64,000 nucleotides of DNA from Octopus bimaculoides (Eukaryota): contig NC_068996.1 in assembly GCF_001194135.2 (NCBI RefSeq), forward strand, positions 49,937,876-50,001,875, given 5' to 3'. The translations under genes were made by a program, and so were the position numbers. The notes beneath the pieces are model-generated. The model made no database searches. It saw nothing but the letters and a program-made list of their open reading frames with translations, and was not told the origin of the DNA. Shown here one piece after another: positions 39,784 through 53,024 of the stretch. Positions within the stretch are counted from its first letter, which is position 1, and each line of letters opens with the position of its first letter.

Positions 39784-41029
39784 TATATCATCATCATTTA
39801 ATGTTTATCTTACATGCTGGCATGGGTTGGATAATTTTACAGGAACTGGCAAGCCAAAGGAATGCGCCAGGTTCCACTGTCTGTTTTAGCATGATTTTTA
39901 TAGTGGACTGGGTAATTTTTACGTGCATCAGCACTAGCAAGATCTATTTGGCATAGTTTTCATGGCTGGATGACCATCTTAATGACAACCAGTTTACAGG
40001 GTGGGCATATAAGTAGTAATTTTATATACAGGAAGACACATTGTAGTATGCTGTCTAAAGCCTGTTCGCAGTATTTGACTACCTGATGTTATCAACTGTA
40101 TGGATTTAAATGCCACTGGGTTTACTTCAAGAATTCCTTTTGTGTTTGTAGAGTTTATGAAATATGAGGGAAAGAAAATGGAATTCACAAGACTCTTTAT
40201 TATTCACTACAATCGTTTCAACCCTTCATACACTGTTGTGGTGCATCAAAGGTACAGATGTATCTCGTCAGGTACCTTGTTTTTTAATCTCCATTTCACT
40301 TATTTCTATCACAATAAATTTTGGTAGTTGTAGTAGTGTGCTTCACATCAAAATAACAGGTTGATTGTAGCTGATTCTTTGATTTGTTTAAAACTTTCTT
40401 TCACAGGTATCATCCATAACAGAATATTCTCTATATTCCCCTGCTGTTTATTTCTCACTCAGATATAATTTTTTTTGTTTATTTTTTTTCTTTTCCCAAT
40501 GCCAGTCAGGTAGGTACTGTATTTGCTGGTGTAGAAAATGCATTCTTGTATAAAACAAATCTGTTTTTGTGGGGGAGAAAGTATTTAATGTTTCATCATA
40601 GACTCAGTATCCCATTTGTAACACAGTTGCATTAAATGCCTAGCATTTGGGTGGGGGGAGGTTACATTTTAGGATTAAAAAAGTGCATCTTAAACAACAG
40701 CATATTCAATAGGTACTCAATCATATATTTGCCTACAAACTTATGCAAAATCTGTTTGCACAATGTATCCCATGCTCTAATCACGATTTTTTCGTGTACT
40801 ATAAGTAGAATATACACTCACCATCATATACAAAACTTAATGTTAATGCCAAAAATACCATCTTTAAGATGGCATAGTCATGCTGTGTGGTAAGTAGCTT
40901 GCTTACCAACCACATGGTTCTGGGTTCAGTGCCACTGCATGACACCTTGGGCAAGTGTTTTCTTCTATAGACTTGGGCCAACCAAAGCCTTGTGAGTGGA
41001 TTTGGTAAACAGAATCTAAAAGCCCAACT

Positions 41030-41265
41030 AAGGCGGTGAGCTGGCAGAATCGTTAGCACGCCGGGCGAAATGCTTAGCGGTATTTCGTCTGCCTTTACAT
41101 TCTGAGTTCAAATTTCGCCGAGGTCAACTTTGCCTTTCATCCTTTCGGGGTTGATAAATTAAGTACCAGTTACACACTGGGGTTGATGTAATTGACTTAA
41201 TCCCTTTGTCTGTCCTTGTTTGTCCCCTCTATGTTTACCCCTTGTGGGCAATAAAGAAATAAGAA
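41030..41265 (+). mobile_element. SINE family B, representative copy (ggcggtgagctggcagaa ... aataaagaaataag)
   Basis: Other copies at 8937-9160(-), 7365-7525(+), 3870-4000(+), 5030-5140(+), 6545-6735, 8190-8340(-), 1595-1695(-), 62980-63110(-). Confidence 0.85.
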
Positions 41266-42193
41266 ACTGAAAGCCCATCATATATATATATATATATACA
41301 TACATACATATAGGCCACAGTTATGGCAAGCCAAGTGAGACCATAACTGTGGGCTATGCCAGTGCAGCATAACTGGCCCATCTAAGAGTACCCTTCAATC
41401 ATTGGGCAATAAACGGCGCTTGCGAGACCTGTTGAGTCAAATGAAGTCACTGTTGTGGCCAATGACAGTACTGCTTGATTGGCTCCATGCCAGTGGCACG
41501 TAAAAAGCACCATTCGAGCGTGGTTGATGCCAGTGCCGGCTGACTGGCTCCCATGCTTGTGGCATGTAAAAAGCACCATTCAAGCGTGGTCGATGCCAGT
41601 ACTGCCTCGTGCCAGTGGCTCGTAAGAAGCATCCACTCCACTCTCGGAGTGGTTGGCATTAGGAAGGACATCCAGCTGTAGAAACTCTGTCAGATGAGAT
41701 TGGAACCTGGTGCAGCCCTCAGTCAAACTGTCCAACCTATGCCAGCATGGAAAGCAGATGGTAAACGATCATGAAGATGATGATGTCTGTGTTTGTCCGC
41801 CCACCATCGCTTGACAACCGATGTTAGCATGTTTACGTCCCCGTAACTTAGCGGTTCGGCAAAAGAGACCGATAGAATAAGTACTAGGCTTACAAAGAAT
41901 AAGTCCTGGGGTCAATTTGCTTGACTAAAGGCGGTCCTCCAGCATGGCCGCAGTCAAATGACTGAAACAAGTAAAAAAAAAAATAAAAGGATATACACAT
42001 TCACACATGTGATATACATAAATCAACAGTTGAGGTCCTAAGTTGCTCAACATAGAAAACACGCAGAAATGCTCAAACGATTTGAACTTATACATGAGTA
42101 TTTGTCCTCTAAGTATTTTCCAGTTGTTTCTCACTATAACATTACATGTGTTTATGTATGTTTATTTTTTTATATCAAGCCTGTTTATCTGCA

Positions 42194-42229
<36 letters not shown>

Positions 42230-43739
42230 ATTAAGTGGAGAATGGAGAATGGAGAATTATAATTATAAACTGCGGTTTAAACAATAAATTACCTGCCTCT
42301 GGATACCTTCTAACAAAGACGGTACCCACACAAGTAATCTCCAGGAGTGCCTTCGGATTTAACTATCCCCTGGTTGCTTAGATACTTCAGACTACCCCTG
42401 AAATATTGAAGCAATCTTATATATATATACTTTTTCAGACATTTCTTTGTGTTGTCTTAAATATTTTTTTTTCCTTTTCTCCTAATAACTTCTGTTTATT
42501 TACCATTCAGTCTGCACACCTCAATCTTTTCTGTTATTGTATTCATCTCAGTTCTTTGTCCTTGTTCATCTGCCATGTCTAATTGTTTACACTCTAGAGT
42601 TATGTTGCTGACACTGCAAAATTGAACAACATTGTCAGAAACTTTTGAAATTTTGATGAGATTTTCTCAACAACAAGGTGTTGAACTTGTCTGCATCTTT
42701 TTTGATTTTTAAAAAATTCTTTTCTGATTTTCTACATAAATACTTTTTGTTCTCCTTCTGTGACATTTTATTATTTTTACACACACATAAAGGAAACTGT
42801 TAAATCAACAAATGCTTACCTAAGAGCTTGACAGATATTTAAAGCTGACACTTGTTAGAAAAAGCTGGAAGAACTTCCTGTAACCTTGATAGATTGAAGA
42901 AATTTGAAATAAATAGCATTTGAAGAAATTTGAAAAAGCATTTGTTGTAAGAAAATGGTCATTGCTGTTGTTGCTAAAATTACAGAACATCAGCAATATA
43001 AGATTTGGTTATACAATTAAATTATGGTTGATATTGGTCCATCTAAATGAAGAATCAATAGATAAATTAAAAATAGCAGCAGAAAGTTTTAAATTTTATT
43101 CAAACTACATATTGGATCTTGTCTCAAGTTTTGAGACTATATTGTCCATCCATCTTCTGTACCCACTATTCCTAGGAGGGTTGTAAGGGTAGAGTCCTAA
43201 GGCACCTCATCCATAGGATCTTGTAAGATGCAAACATTATTACTGTAACCTCTCAATGCAAATAAGTAGCGGCTCAACCCGGAGCGACTCCTTTATCTTA
43301 CAGTTGAGCAACATTAGTCCAGAGATCCTTCCGAGGAACCGTTTTGGCTATTTGCATTCACAATCATTCATGACCAAAGATGAAGATAGGAATGAAAGCT
43401 GAATTGAAGATAGTGAGTTTGCTTTTTTTCCCCCCTTCTTTACTAACCTTTCCACATCTGGGAATCAAATGCTGGGCTAGCACATTACTTTGTGGAGGCA
43501 CATGGCCTTGTGGTCAAGGGATCAAATCTCAGACTGGGCAATGTGTGTGTTTATAAGCAAAACACCTAAGCTCCTTGTGGCTCCAGAAGGTAACTTCTGC
43601 CACAACTTTCTCTCACTCTCTCCTCCTGCATCTAGCAGCTCACCTGTGACGGACTGGCATCCTGTCCAGGTGGGAAACCTACACGCCAATGAAACTGGAA
43701 TTATGAGCCAAGCATGGCTCAAAAAGGAACAAACAACAT

Positions 43740-44010
43740 TACTTTGCCAGTACCTGCAATCCAAGCCACCTGCTTCCCATCACTTGTGAAAAGTCCCAAG
43801 AAATTTGAACTTCACTTACTTTAGTGATGTTCCACTCATATCTGGAATGTAGAGGAAGACTTTCTTGAAAGGACTAATGTCTCAGCGTTTACAACACTGA
43901 TTCTTACCCCTGCCTCACAGCACTCAGCAGCGAACCCATTCAATGCATGCTGGCGATCAACTTTTGAGTCAAGTACCATTATGACACCTGCAAATATCGG
44001 TTGACTGATC
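43740..44010 (-). mobile_element. RTE-clade (Expander/Rex3-like) RT fragment
   Basis: DRQHALNGFAAECCEAGVRISVVNAETLVLSRK...KFLG..FTSDG resembles the post-YADD RT segment. Confidence 0.6.
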
Positions 44011-44710
44011 CTACTCACCAATTGTGATTCCACTTCAACAGTCAAATGCCATTTCAAACAGACACCTCTTAATAAAATCAAATATTATCTTTAGACATTT
44101 GATAGAAACAATTCTTTTTTTTTATATAATTACTAAAACTAGAGATAATTCATATTTCCTCAGCCCCTTATGCTATTTGGAACAATAGCACTCCAAAGTC
44201 CATTTAAGGTTTTAATACCTACTTTGTTTCATCACCAGAATGAGGTTACAACAATAACATACCTTCCAGTAAGTTGTAAATGTTCACAATAATATTGAAG
44301 TAGCTAGTGAAATCACCAATCTTTTCAGTCATTCAATGGTTAAAACCCTGTTAAAATTTCATGCTTTACTTTACATGCACCATATAAGTGTGTTGAGCTT
44401 GTTTATTTTGTCATTAGTAAAATTTCCATACCTTTTATCTTTGTGCAGATCTATATAAAACTAGCAATACCAACTACTTAATGTTTTTCTAATTTTATTT
44501 GATGGACTAATAATTTTAAATTTGGTGTTGAAAATGTTATCATTTCTATTAATTAGGCTTGGCTTGGCTACATTGTTAAGAAACTTGCTTTCCAGTCATG
44601 TGATCATGAATTCAGACCTACCAAGAATCACTTTGGGCAAACATCTATTATAGCTCTAGGCTGATGAAAGCCTTGTGAGTAGATTTGATAGACAAGAAAC
44701 GAAAGAAGCC

Positions 44711-44749
<39 letters not shown>

Positions 44750-44943
44750 GTATGTACCTTCACTGCTTGACTTCATATGATTGTAAACGAGCATTATCGC
44801 CATACAAATGAGGCTCATTTCCAGTCTTTCTGTGAAAACATGTCTAACTATGGCTATGGGAAAATGTTACCGTTTGGAGAGTTGGTGACAGGAAGAGCAT
44901 CTGGCCATTGAAAATCTGCCTCAACAAATTTCATTTGATTCAT

Positions 44944-44945
<2 letters not shown>

Positions 44946-45003
<58 letters not shown>
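44946..45003 (+). repeat. 58-nt poly(A) run
   Basis: Seen directly in the sequence. Confidence 0.95.
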
Positions 45004-45004
<1 letters not shown>

Positions 45005-46652
45005 CATATAAAATAGTGTTGATAAGATTTCAAGAATTCTTTGTGACTGACCAGTTACAAGACACAAACAACAGGACATTATTATAAATAATTCATTCTG
45101 GTGATAAGGGAGTACCATCTTGAAATGGTAATTAGAACTGGCACTCTGTTTATGACAATATATGTTCCAGTTGATCTGATCAATGTAACAGCCTGCAGGT
45201 AGCTGAACACTTCACAGACACAAGTACCTACAACGTAGTTCTCCGGGTGATTCAGCACGACACAGAATGTGACAAGGCCAAGTGGACAGGAGCAACATGA
45301 AATAAAGTGTCTCGCTCAAGGACACAACATGCTGCCAGGAATCAAACTCACAACCTTACAATTGTGAGCCCAATACCTTGACCCCTAAGCCACACACCTT
45401 CATGTAATTGGTATGCTTGAGAAGAACTGTTGAGTGAAGTTGAAATCATTGTCATAGCCAATGCAAGTACTGCCTGACTGGCACATAAAAAGTACCATTC
45501 AAGCATGGTCAATGCCAGTCCCACCAGAGTGGCTCCAGTGCAGGTGGCACATAAAAAGCACCAGTCGAGCACAGTTGTTGCCAGAGCCACCTGACTGGCT
45601 CCTGTGCCGATGGCACATAAAGAGCACCATCCAAATGTGGTCGTTGCTAGTGCCGCTGGCATGTAAAATGCACCATTCAAAAATATTGAACTTGAACTGT
45701 TATGTCTTTACTGTAAAATGATTTGAAGGAAAAGTTTAGAAGCTCACTCTGCATCAATATAGTTTCAAGTCCAGTGCCGCTGTGTCGCAGCTGAGGAAAG
45801 CATTGTCAACTACAGCTCCAGGCTGACAAAAGTCTTGTGAGTGAATTTGTTAAATGGAAAATGTATTAAACCTGTGTGTATATACATACATACACATTAT
45901 ATAATATCTCCCTCCTTCTCCATCTGGGGTATCCTTGTATCTCTTTCTAAAGGCAAAGATACCTATCTCTATTCCTGTTATTTCTTTAACCTCTCACGTA
46001 CAGGCACGAAATCACCTCCCTCAGTTGAGGGGACTGTCTTACAAGCTGCCTAATGATCCCTCCATATGAAAAGCACCCAGTTACAATCTATAAAGTGGTT
46101 GGTGTGAAGCTCCAGAAACCATGCCAAAACAGACAACTGGAATTTGGTGCAGCTCTCTGGGTTGCTAGCTCATTGAAGCATCAAACACATGCCAATATGA
46201 AAAATAAATACTAAACGAGGATGATTATATTTGCACACACACACACACACACTTGTATGAATGTTGATATTTTGCTTGATACCATTTTAGTAAAGCTGTA
46301 ATTGTTGACGACACTTGTTGATATTACAACCAGTCAGTCTGTGCTCTTGAGGACCTGTAGAATACAAAAATCCATTCCCTTATAAACAAGCAAGGGTTGG
46401 CAAAAGAAAGAACTTCTGGCCTTAAAATCAATTCCTGGTATAAACCATGCCAGCATGGCATGGAAAAGCTAATATTGAAACAAGATTTTATATATATATA
46501 TATATCTGTAAAAATGTGACACTTATTCGGTAGCCATGATAAAACTCCGAGTTCTATCATGACTACAGAATAAGTGTCACATATTTTTACAGATAAATTC
46601 CTCTATTTACATAATATCGAGGTCTCTTTCTTTCTTTTGTTGTCCTTCCTAT

Positions 46653-46688
<36 letters not shown>

Positions 46689-46927
46689 AAAACAGAAAAC
46701 AACAGATAGACATCAGTTTTTAAACACATTCTTTTAAGAGGTATATATTCTCATAATGAATATAAACACACATACACATGCCAAAACAGTTGCAGAAGTC
46801 TGGTGCAGGCTCCTGCCTGGCCAGCTCCTGTCAAACAGTGCAACCAATGCCAGCATGGAAAGAGGACGTTAAACAATGATTGAGACATATATATATATAT
46901 TTGAAGAAAAGCAAGAAAAATGCATTA

Positions 46928-47147
46928 GGTTATAGCAGTACGTACGTTTCGTACAAACTTCATTTGTTTATGTAGTGAGAATGCCACATAAGATGTGCAA
47001 TGAAATGTACTCCTCAGCTGCATAATGGAAGTTCATTTCAGGAAGTTGAAATGAACTTCCATCATGCAGCTGAGGAGTACATTTTATGTAGTGTTCTCAC
47101 TACATAAATAAATGAAGTTTGTACGAAACGTACGTACTGCTATAACC
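46928..47147. mobile_element. Fully palindromic TA-flanked MITE / fold-back element (220 bp)
   Basis: Arms of ~113 and ~101 bp, near-perfect inverse complements around a 6-nt loop (47041-47046); TA on both sides. Confidence 0.75.
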
Positions 47148-48368
47148 TATTGAATTTTTGTTGCTTTTCTTCAAATTTTATTCACCAAATCTCTTGATTT
47201 TGTTTTTGGTTTTTACCCTACCAAATTCTGGTGCCTCAAACATTTTAAGTACCACATTTAATCTTTTGATTAAAGCTATATATATATATTATACACACAC
47301 ACACACACACAAATTTAAATATATATATATGTATATTATATATAATACAAAGAATATGTATGCATATATACACACATATATGTACATACTTACATCTACA
47401 TGTGTATATAGATGCATATCAGGGTACAGGACGTTAGAACAATGAACTACAGACAACAGAACGAACACACAGGAAAACAGATAGACACTTGGAATTAATC
47501 CTTCGTCAGCTGCCTCTATTCTAACTAGACGTTTCGAAGATAAGGCAGTGAATACATTTTAATGAAGAGTTCTACATGGAGCAAGAAAATAACTTCTTTC
47601 ATGAAAAAAAACTGAGTGGTTGTGTGGTAAGAAGCTCGCTTCTTAATCACATAATTCCAGGTTCAGCTCCATTGTGTGGCACCTTGGGCAAGTGTCTTTT
47701 ACAATACCCTTGGGTCAACCAAAGCCTTGTGAGTGAATCTGGCAGATAGAAGTTTAAAGAAGCCACCTGTGTGTGTGTGTGTCTGTGTGTCCTCCCCTTC
47801 CACTACTTAACAACCAGCGTCGTCCCTGTAACTTATCAGTTTGGCAAAAGCAACTGATAGAATAAGTATCAGGCTCAGCAAAAAAGTAAGTACTGAGGTT
47901 AATTCATTCAGCTAAAAATTCTTCAAGGTGGTGCCCCAGCATGGCCATAGTCTAACGACTGAAACAAGTAAGAGATAAAAGATAACAAAAACAAAACAAA
48001 GGCGGAGTATGATGTAGTGGAATCTGCCATTTATATTTAATTGCAATAAATTATCTTGCACACAACATGGACTTTTCAAAAACAGTAAAAAGTACCAATC
48101 TATTCATGAGGAAGATACAATCTGTTGTATGCCATATGCAATATTTGCAAAACAAAACATCACATAAACATTTTAATACATTAGAACATGTGGAATATCA
48201 AAAATATCCAATAGGTTGGTAAATGTATCAAACATTCCCTTTCTTTATAAATAAAATTTAACACGAAAAAAAAAAATGAACATACTGAAGCACTGTCTTC
48301 ACAGTAGTACAACTAAAACTTAATATGTGTTTATTATATGTGTATATATATATATATATATATACTCT

Positions 48369-48374
48369 TTATTC
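48369..48374 (-). promoter_or_regulatory. Candidate AATAAA polyadenylation signal of ZCCHC7
   Basis: tttatt on the plus strand ~220 nt downstream of the stop; another at 48330-48335. The region is AT-rich, so chance occurrence is plausible. Confidence 0.3.
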
Positions 48375-48589
48375 TATTACGTATTAATTAATGAAATTAT
48401 CTTTTTTGTAAAATGAAAACGTTTAAGTAACTCAGTAATCTTTATCGAAAATTAAAACAATGACTGACTAAAATTTTAAATAAACTTATACTTTCATTCT
48501 TCAGAAAATATATAGTTCTAATTCTAACAAATATTGTATTCAATTTAAATTCTTGTCCAGGAGAAATTTGTTGAAATATTTCTGAATAT

Positions 48590-48624
48590 TCACTTAGATC
48601 TGTTTTTATCAGCAACTTTATTGG
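48590..48624 (-). CDS. ZCCHC7: ZCCHC7 probable terminal coding exon ANKVADKNRSK*
   Basis: Very strong acceptor (long poly-T then ccttttcag|CC); TGA at 48590-48592; no clear downstream donor. Confidence 0.62.
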
Positions 48625-49873
48625 CTGAAAAGGAAAAAAAAAAAGAAAAAAAAAAAATCATAGCATTAATTACAGAATACTTTCAAAATTTCTTTTGTGA
48701 AATTCAAAATAAATTCTTTTGTGAACTTTTCCATAGGAAATAACTTTTGAAAGTTACTCTTACAAGTGATTGATCTTGAATTATTTTAGCATAATGACAA
48801 TAAAGAACCTCGGAAAGAGAATATTACCCCATTTTTTTCAGTTACAATGAGTGAAAAACCTTAGAACCAAAAAGATTAGCCAAGGTTTATTAGAATTCCT
48901 AGTAGCTCCATTTCATCAGTACACCAAATGCTAATAAGAGAGAATAAGTCATAGTTTTCCTAAGTCAGTGCAAAGGGATTAACCCCTTGGCATTCAGATT
49001 ATTCCGTCAAATGCAATGCTTATTTATTCACAAAGTTTTGAATTAATCATGCATTATCTTCTGGCTTTGAAATTTCGATAGTTTATTTTTAGTATGATAT
49101 TGTAGGGTAGGTGTGAGAAGCCAGATCTGGTCAGTCTGGGCTAGATATGACAGGTTTAGATATTAAAGGGTTAAAGAGAAGAAAAAATAAGACTAACTTC
49201 AATCTGCATTACACAACCAGATGTTAAAATATTTCACCAAACAAACTATGTATTACCTGAGCAAATTATTGGGTATTCAATGTATTGATAAATTTATAGA
49301 TTTAACCTTCCAAATGTTTAACAGCATCGCTTCCTGTCAAGCTCAATAGCTCTAATAAAGTCAGTATCTCATGAAATATGAAGCTACTACAAGAATAAAT
49401 GACAACTGACAGACAAGGCAGTCATTTTTGAGCAAATCACTGGTATATTAGAGCCAACCATGCCATTACACTCCATAAATAACTTCCAAAAACTAAGCAA
49501 ATACTTACCGAGTTTGTTTTTCTTTTTTTTGGCTTTTAATTTCTTATTCACTGAAGACAAAAAATATAGAGAAACAGGGAAAAAAAAAAATCAATATAAA
49601 CTGAATCAATTCATGATTGTGGTTTAGAGAAGTGGTTCTTAACTGGGGTCCACATACGATTTTGCTGTTAAAGCTTATGAACAATGAATAAGTTATACTT
49701 CTATAGTATTGTAACAATTTTTAAATACAATTTGTAATATTCAATAATCATTAAGAGTTTTTTTTTGACGGTTCCAGGTTCATGGCAACTTAGGCAAGTG
49801 CCTTCTACTATAACCTCAGGCCGACCAAAGCCTTGAGCGGATTTGGTAGAGAAACTGAAAGAAGCCCGTTGTG

Positions 49874-49912
<39 letters not shown>

Positions 49913-52900
49913 CTTTGTCTGCCCATCTTTGCGTGACAACCGATGTTCGTGTTTATGTTGCCATACTAGGCTTACAAAATCTTACAATAAGTCCTGGGGT
50001 TGATTAGTTCAACTAAAGGTGGTGCTCCAGCATGGCCACAGTCAAATGAGTGAAACAAGTGAAAGTAAAAATAAGGGTCCAGTAGAGTAAAATTGAAGGG
50101 GTCCATAGGCAAAAAAATGTTTGGGAACCACAGGATTAGCTGGAGATTTCAAAAAATACAAAACAGCTAAATAAATAACTGACAAGAACAGAGAGAAAAA
50201 AAAGCAGAAAGTGAGCTTACCATTACAATCAATCTGTGCTTTTATTTGAAATTCTGCAAAAAATAAATATATACAATCAAATAATTTGATATTTAGAAAA
50301 ATTATTTAAATTTATATGCTGTGTTTGGTCTTTCAATTTTACTCATCTAGAACTTTTTTTTTTTTTGAGGTGCCATGTCCAGAATGTCAGACATGGACAA
50401 TCATGACCTGTCACAATTTTTTGTTCTTTCTTCCGTCCACTTTATCAAGCTTGACATCTATATCAACCTTCTTCCCCTGCTTCTTTTCCCTTCAATCTTT
50501 CCAATCATCACATGACCAAGAAAATTCAGTTCAGCCTTTATCTCACAAAGTAATTTCCTAATTTACTACAGCTCAGGTGATCACTTTTGCATTAGATGCT
50601 TTGTCTATCCATGCTATCTTCAAATTTTCCTTCAAATTTCATAGCTCTTCAAGCACTTTCTCATTCTTGATATATGTCTCATTTCCATACATTAGCACAA
50701 ACAAAATATTCTCAAAACTGGAATTTAATATCTATATTCATGAACTAAGAAGGAAAAAAAAATGTTACTTTTATCTTTCTTTCTAAAAAACAAAAAAATT
50801 AAACTTTTGCATGTTGGAACTCAAGCTTAGTTTTACAGTTTGACAGAGCAGTTACTCAAACTTGAAGTGGAAGTTGTTACAAAATCATGCAAACACGGCA
50901 AGGTTTTAACTTGCAAACATGAAAAACTCATCACATCACTAAATACTACGGAGGGATTAAACCTTGTTACTATATTACTGTTGAAATATACTGCCTTTGT
51001 TTCAATTAATTTGAAAATAATGACCATTATCAAGCTGGTGTTTGGAACATGCATTAACATGAAATTTTGGTGGAAGAAGGTTTTTATTTAGATCACTTTA
51101 AAACAAGAAATTTGTATCAGAAACAGGGGCAGTATCAGGTTAATTGATATCAAAAAGGTTAAGCTGTTTGAATAGGTCAAGCAAAGTTATCTATCTTGCA
51201 ATAGGCACTGTGAAATAGCTACAGTAGCTTTCAATTTGTATTGTACAAGTCAAATATCCTTAAATTTGATTTCTACATAAGCTTTGTAACTAATTAAATT
51301 CATGAATGATCAATTCAAGCAAGGCACCTCGATTAAGGAAATTCGTTTTGTAACATGCTTCAGGTCCTACAGTACAGCACTTTGGATAGATGTCTTCTAG
51401 AATAAACCTTGAGCTAATCAGTGCCTCAAGGAGACACCTGCATATTTTGTGTAAAAAGAGTACAAATTAGAAAAAAAAAACTGAAACTGGTACATTCAAA
51501 ACAAAAAGTACCTTGTCGAATTTTTCCACAAGCTGTTGGCCTTTCACCGACAGTCTTGCCATCAGAAATGGACCAGTGAATGACCTACAGGGAAACTTGT
51601 AACTAACAATATTGTTGCTCATAATGCTATCAAAATTAATCCAGTGAATTAATTTTGTGGGGTTTTATTTTTTTCAGCAAGAATTTGACATAATAGATTT
51701 ATTATTCAGCCTTCCAAATGACTAATAGCATTTTTTCCAGTGAAACCCAATAAAATAACGAAAATTCAAAATTCCAAGAATTATAGGACCAATCCTGGCA
51801 ATAAACATGGTGCTCATATTCTGAGCAAATCAACATGACATACTGGCACGTCAACTTATATTTGGCTCAGAGAAGGTGTGTGGCCTTGTGATTAGGGTGT
51901 TGTACTCACAATCATGAGATCATAGTTTCGATTCCCGGACCAACTGTGTGTGTTACTGAACAAAACACTTTATTTTACATACAAGGGTAAGATAGCGACT
52001 CATGAAAATCACTCAAATAGGTCTTGCTACCTATGTTTTGTATTCAGCAATTAAAAGGATGAATAGTACAACCAATACTGTGAATCTCAACTAGTTGGAA
52101 TTGGTTGTTCAACCATGGTAAAGGATTATTATGTATTCTCTCTCTCTCTATGCACTCACTCAATGGTCCCATAGTGCATAGAGCCAACAAGGTCCACAGT
52201 AAATTCAATGCAGCACCATTAAACAATAATACTTACGGTTGTCTCTCTTCTTTTTCTTGGATTTTTTCTTTTTTACCACTTCGGCTGAAAAAGAAATATA
52301 GGAAAATAATAAAAAAAAATTTAAAAAAAAAAAAACCATTAAAAATATTTTTTCGCTTTTATAGTGCATGATCTAGATGAATTGTTATTTTCGAAAAAGA
52401 AAAACGGTTAAATATTAGAGAAAAGTTAATAGGATAGGTCAATAAAAAAAATAAACTAACTTTTGTATTTAANNNNNNNNNNNNNNNNNNNNNNNNNNNN
52501 NNNNNNNNNNNNNNNNNNNNNNNNNNNNNNNNNNNNNNNNNNNNNNNNNNNNNNNNNNNNNNNNNNNNNNNNNNNNNNNNNNNNNNNNNNNNNNNNNNNN
52601 NNNNNNNNNNNNNNNNNNNNNNNNNNNNNNNNNNNNNNNNNNNNNNNNNNNNNNNNNNNNNNNNNNNNNNNNNNNNNNNNNNNNNNNNNNNNNNNNNNNN
52701 NNNNNNNNNNNNNNNNNNNNNNNNNNNNNNNNNNNNNNNNNNNNNNNNNNNNNNNNNNNNNNNNNNNNNNNNNNNNNNNNNNNNNNNNNNNNNNNNNNNN
52801 NNNNNNNNNNNNNNNNNNNNNNNNNNNNNNNNNNNNNNNNNNNNNNNNNNNNNNNNNNNNNNNNNNNNNNNNNNNNNNNNNNNNNNNNNNNNNNNNNNNN

Positions 52901-52993
52901 NNNNNNNNNNNNNNNNNNNNNNNNNNNNNNNNNNNNNNNNNNNNNNNNNNNNNNNNNNNNNNNNNNNNNNNNNNNNNNNNNNNNNNNNNNNNN

Positions 52994-53024
<31 letters not shown>

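Noticed and set aside
42293-44347. Minus-strand exon-like segments (42293-42397, 42504-42613, donor at ~42819, 44263-44347)
   Set aside because: Good-looking splice sites, but stops in most or all frames and no phase-consistent chain or recognisable product; could be non-coding exons but unsupported
44946-45003. Poly(A) tail of a processed pseudogene
   Set aside because: The upstream sequence matches a repeat-family tail (compare 55200-55330), not an mRNA
47480-47545. Minus-strand CTGACGA-A-gga/tcc motif as a hammerhead
   Set aside because: GAAAC is replaced by AAGT and there is no stem I; at best a dead Penelope-type remnant
50240-52284. Alternative ZCCHC7 C-terminus RSGKKEKIQEKEERQPSFTGPFLMARLSVKGQQLVEKFDKNFK*
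   Set aside because: It needs phase-2 entry, whereas the upstream 43-nt exon ends in phase 1, and it would leave two strong downstream exons untranslated; not excluded if the 52473-52993 gap hides an exon
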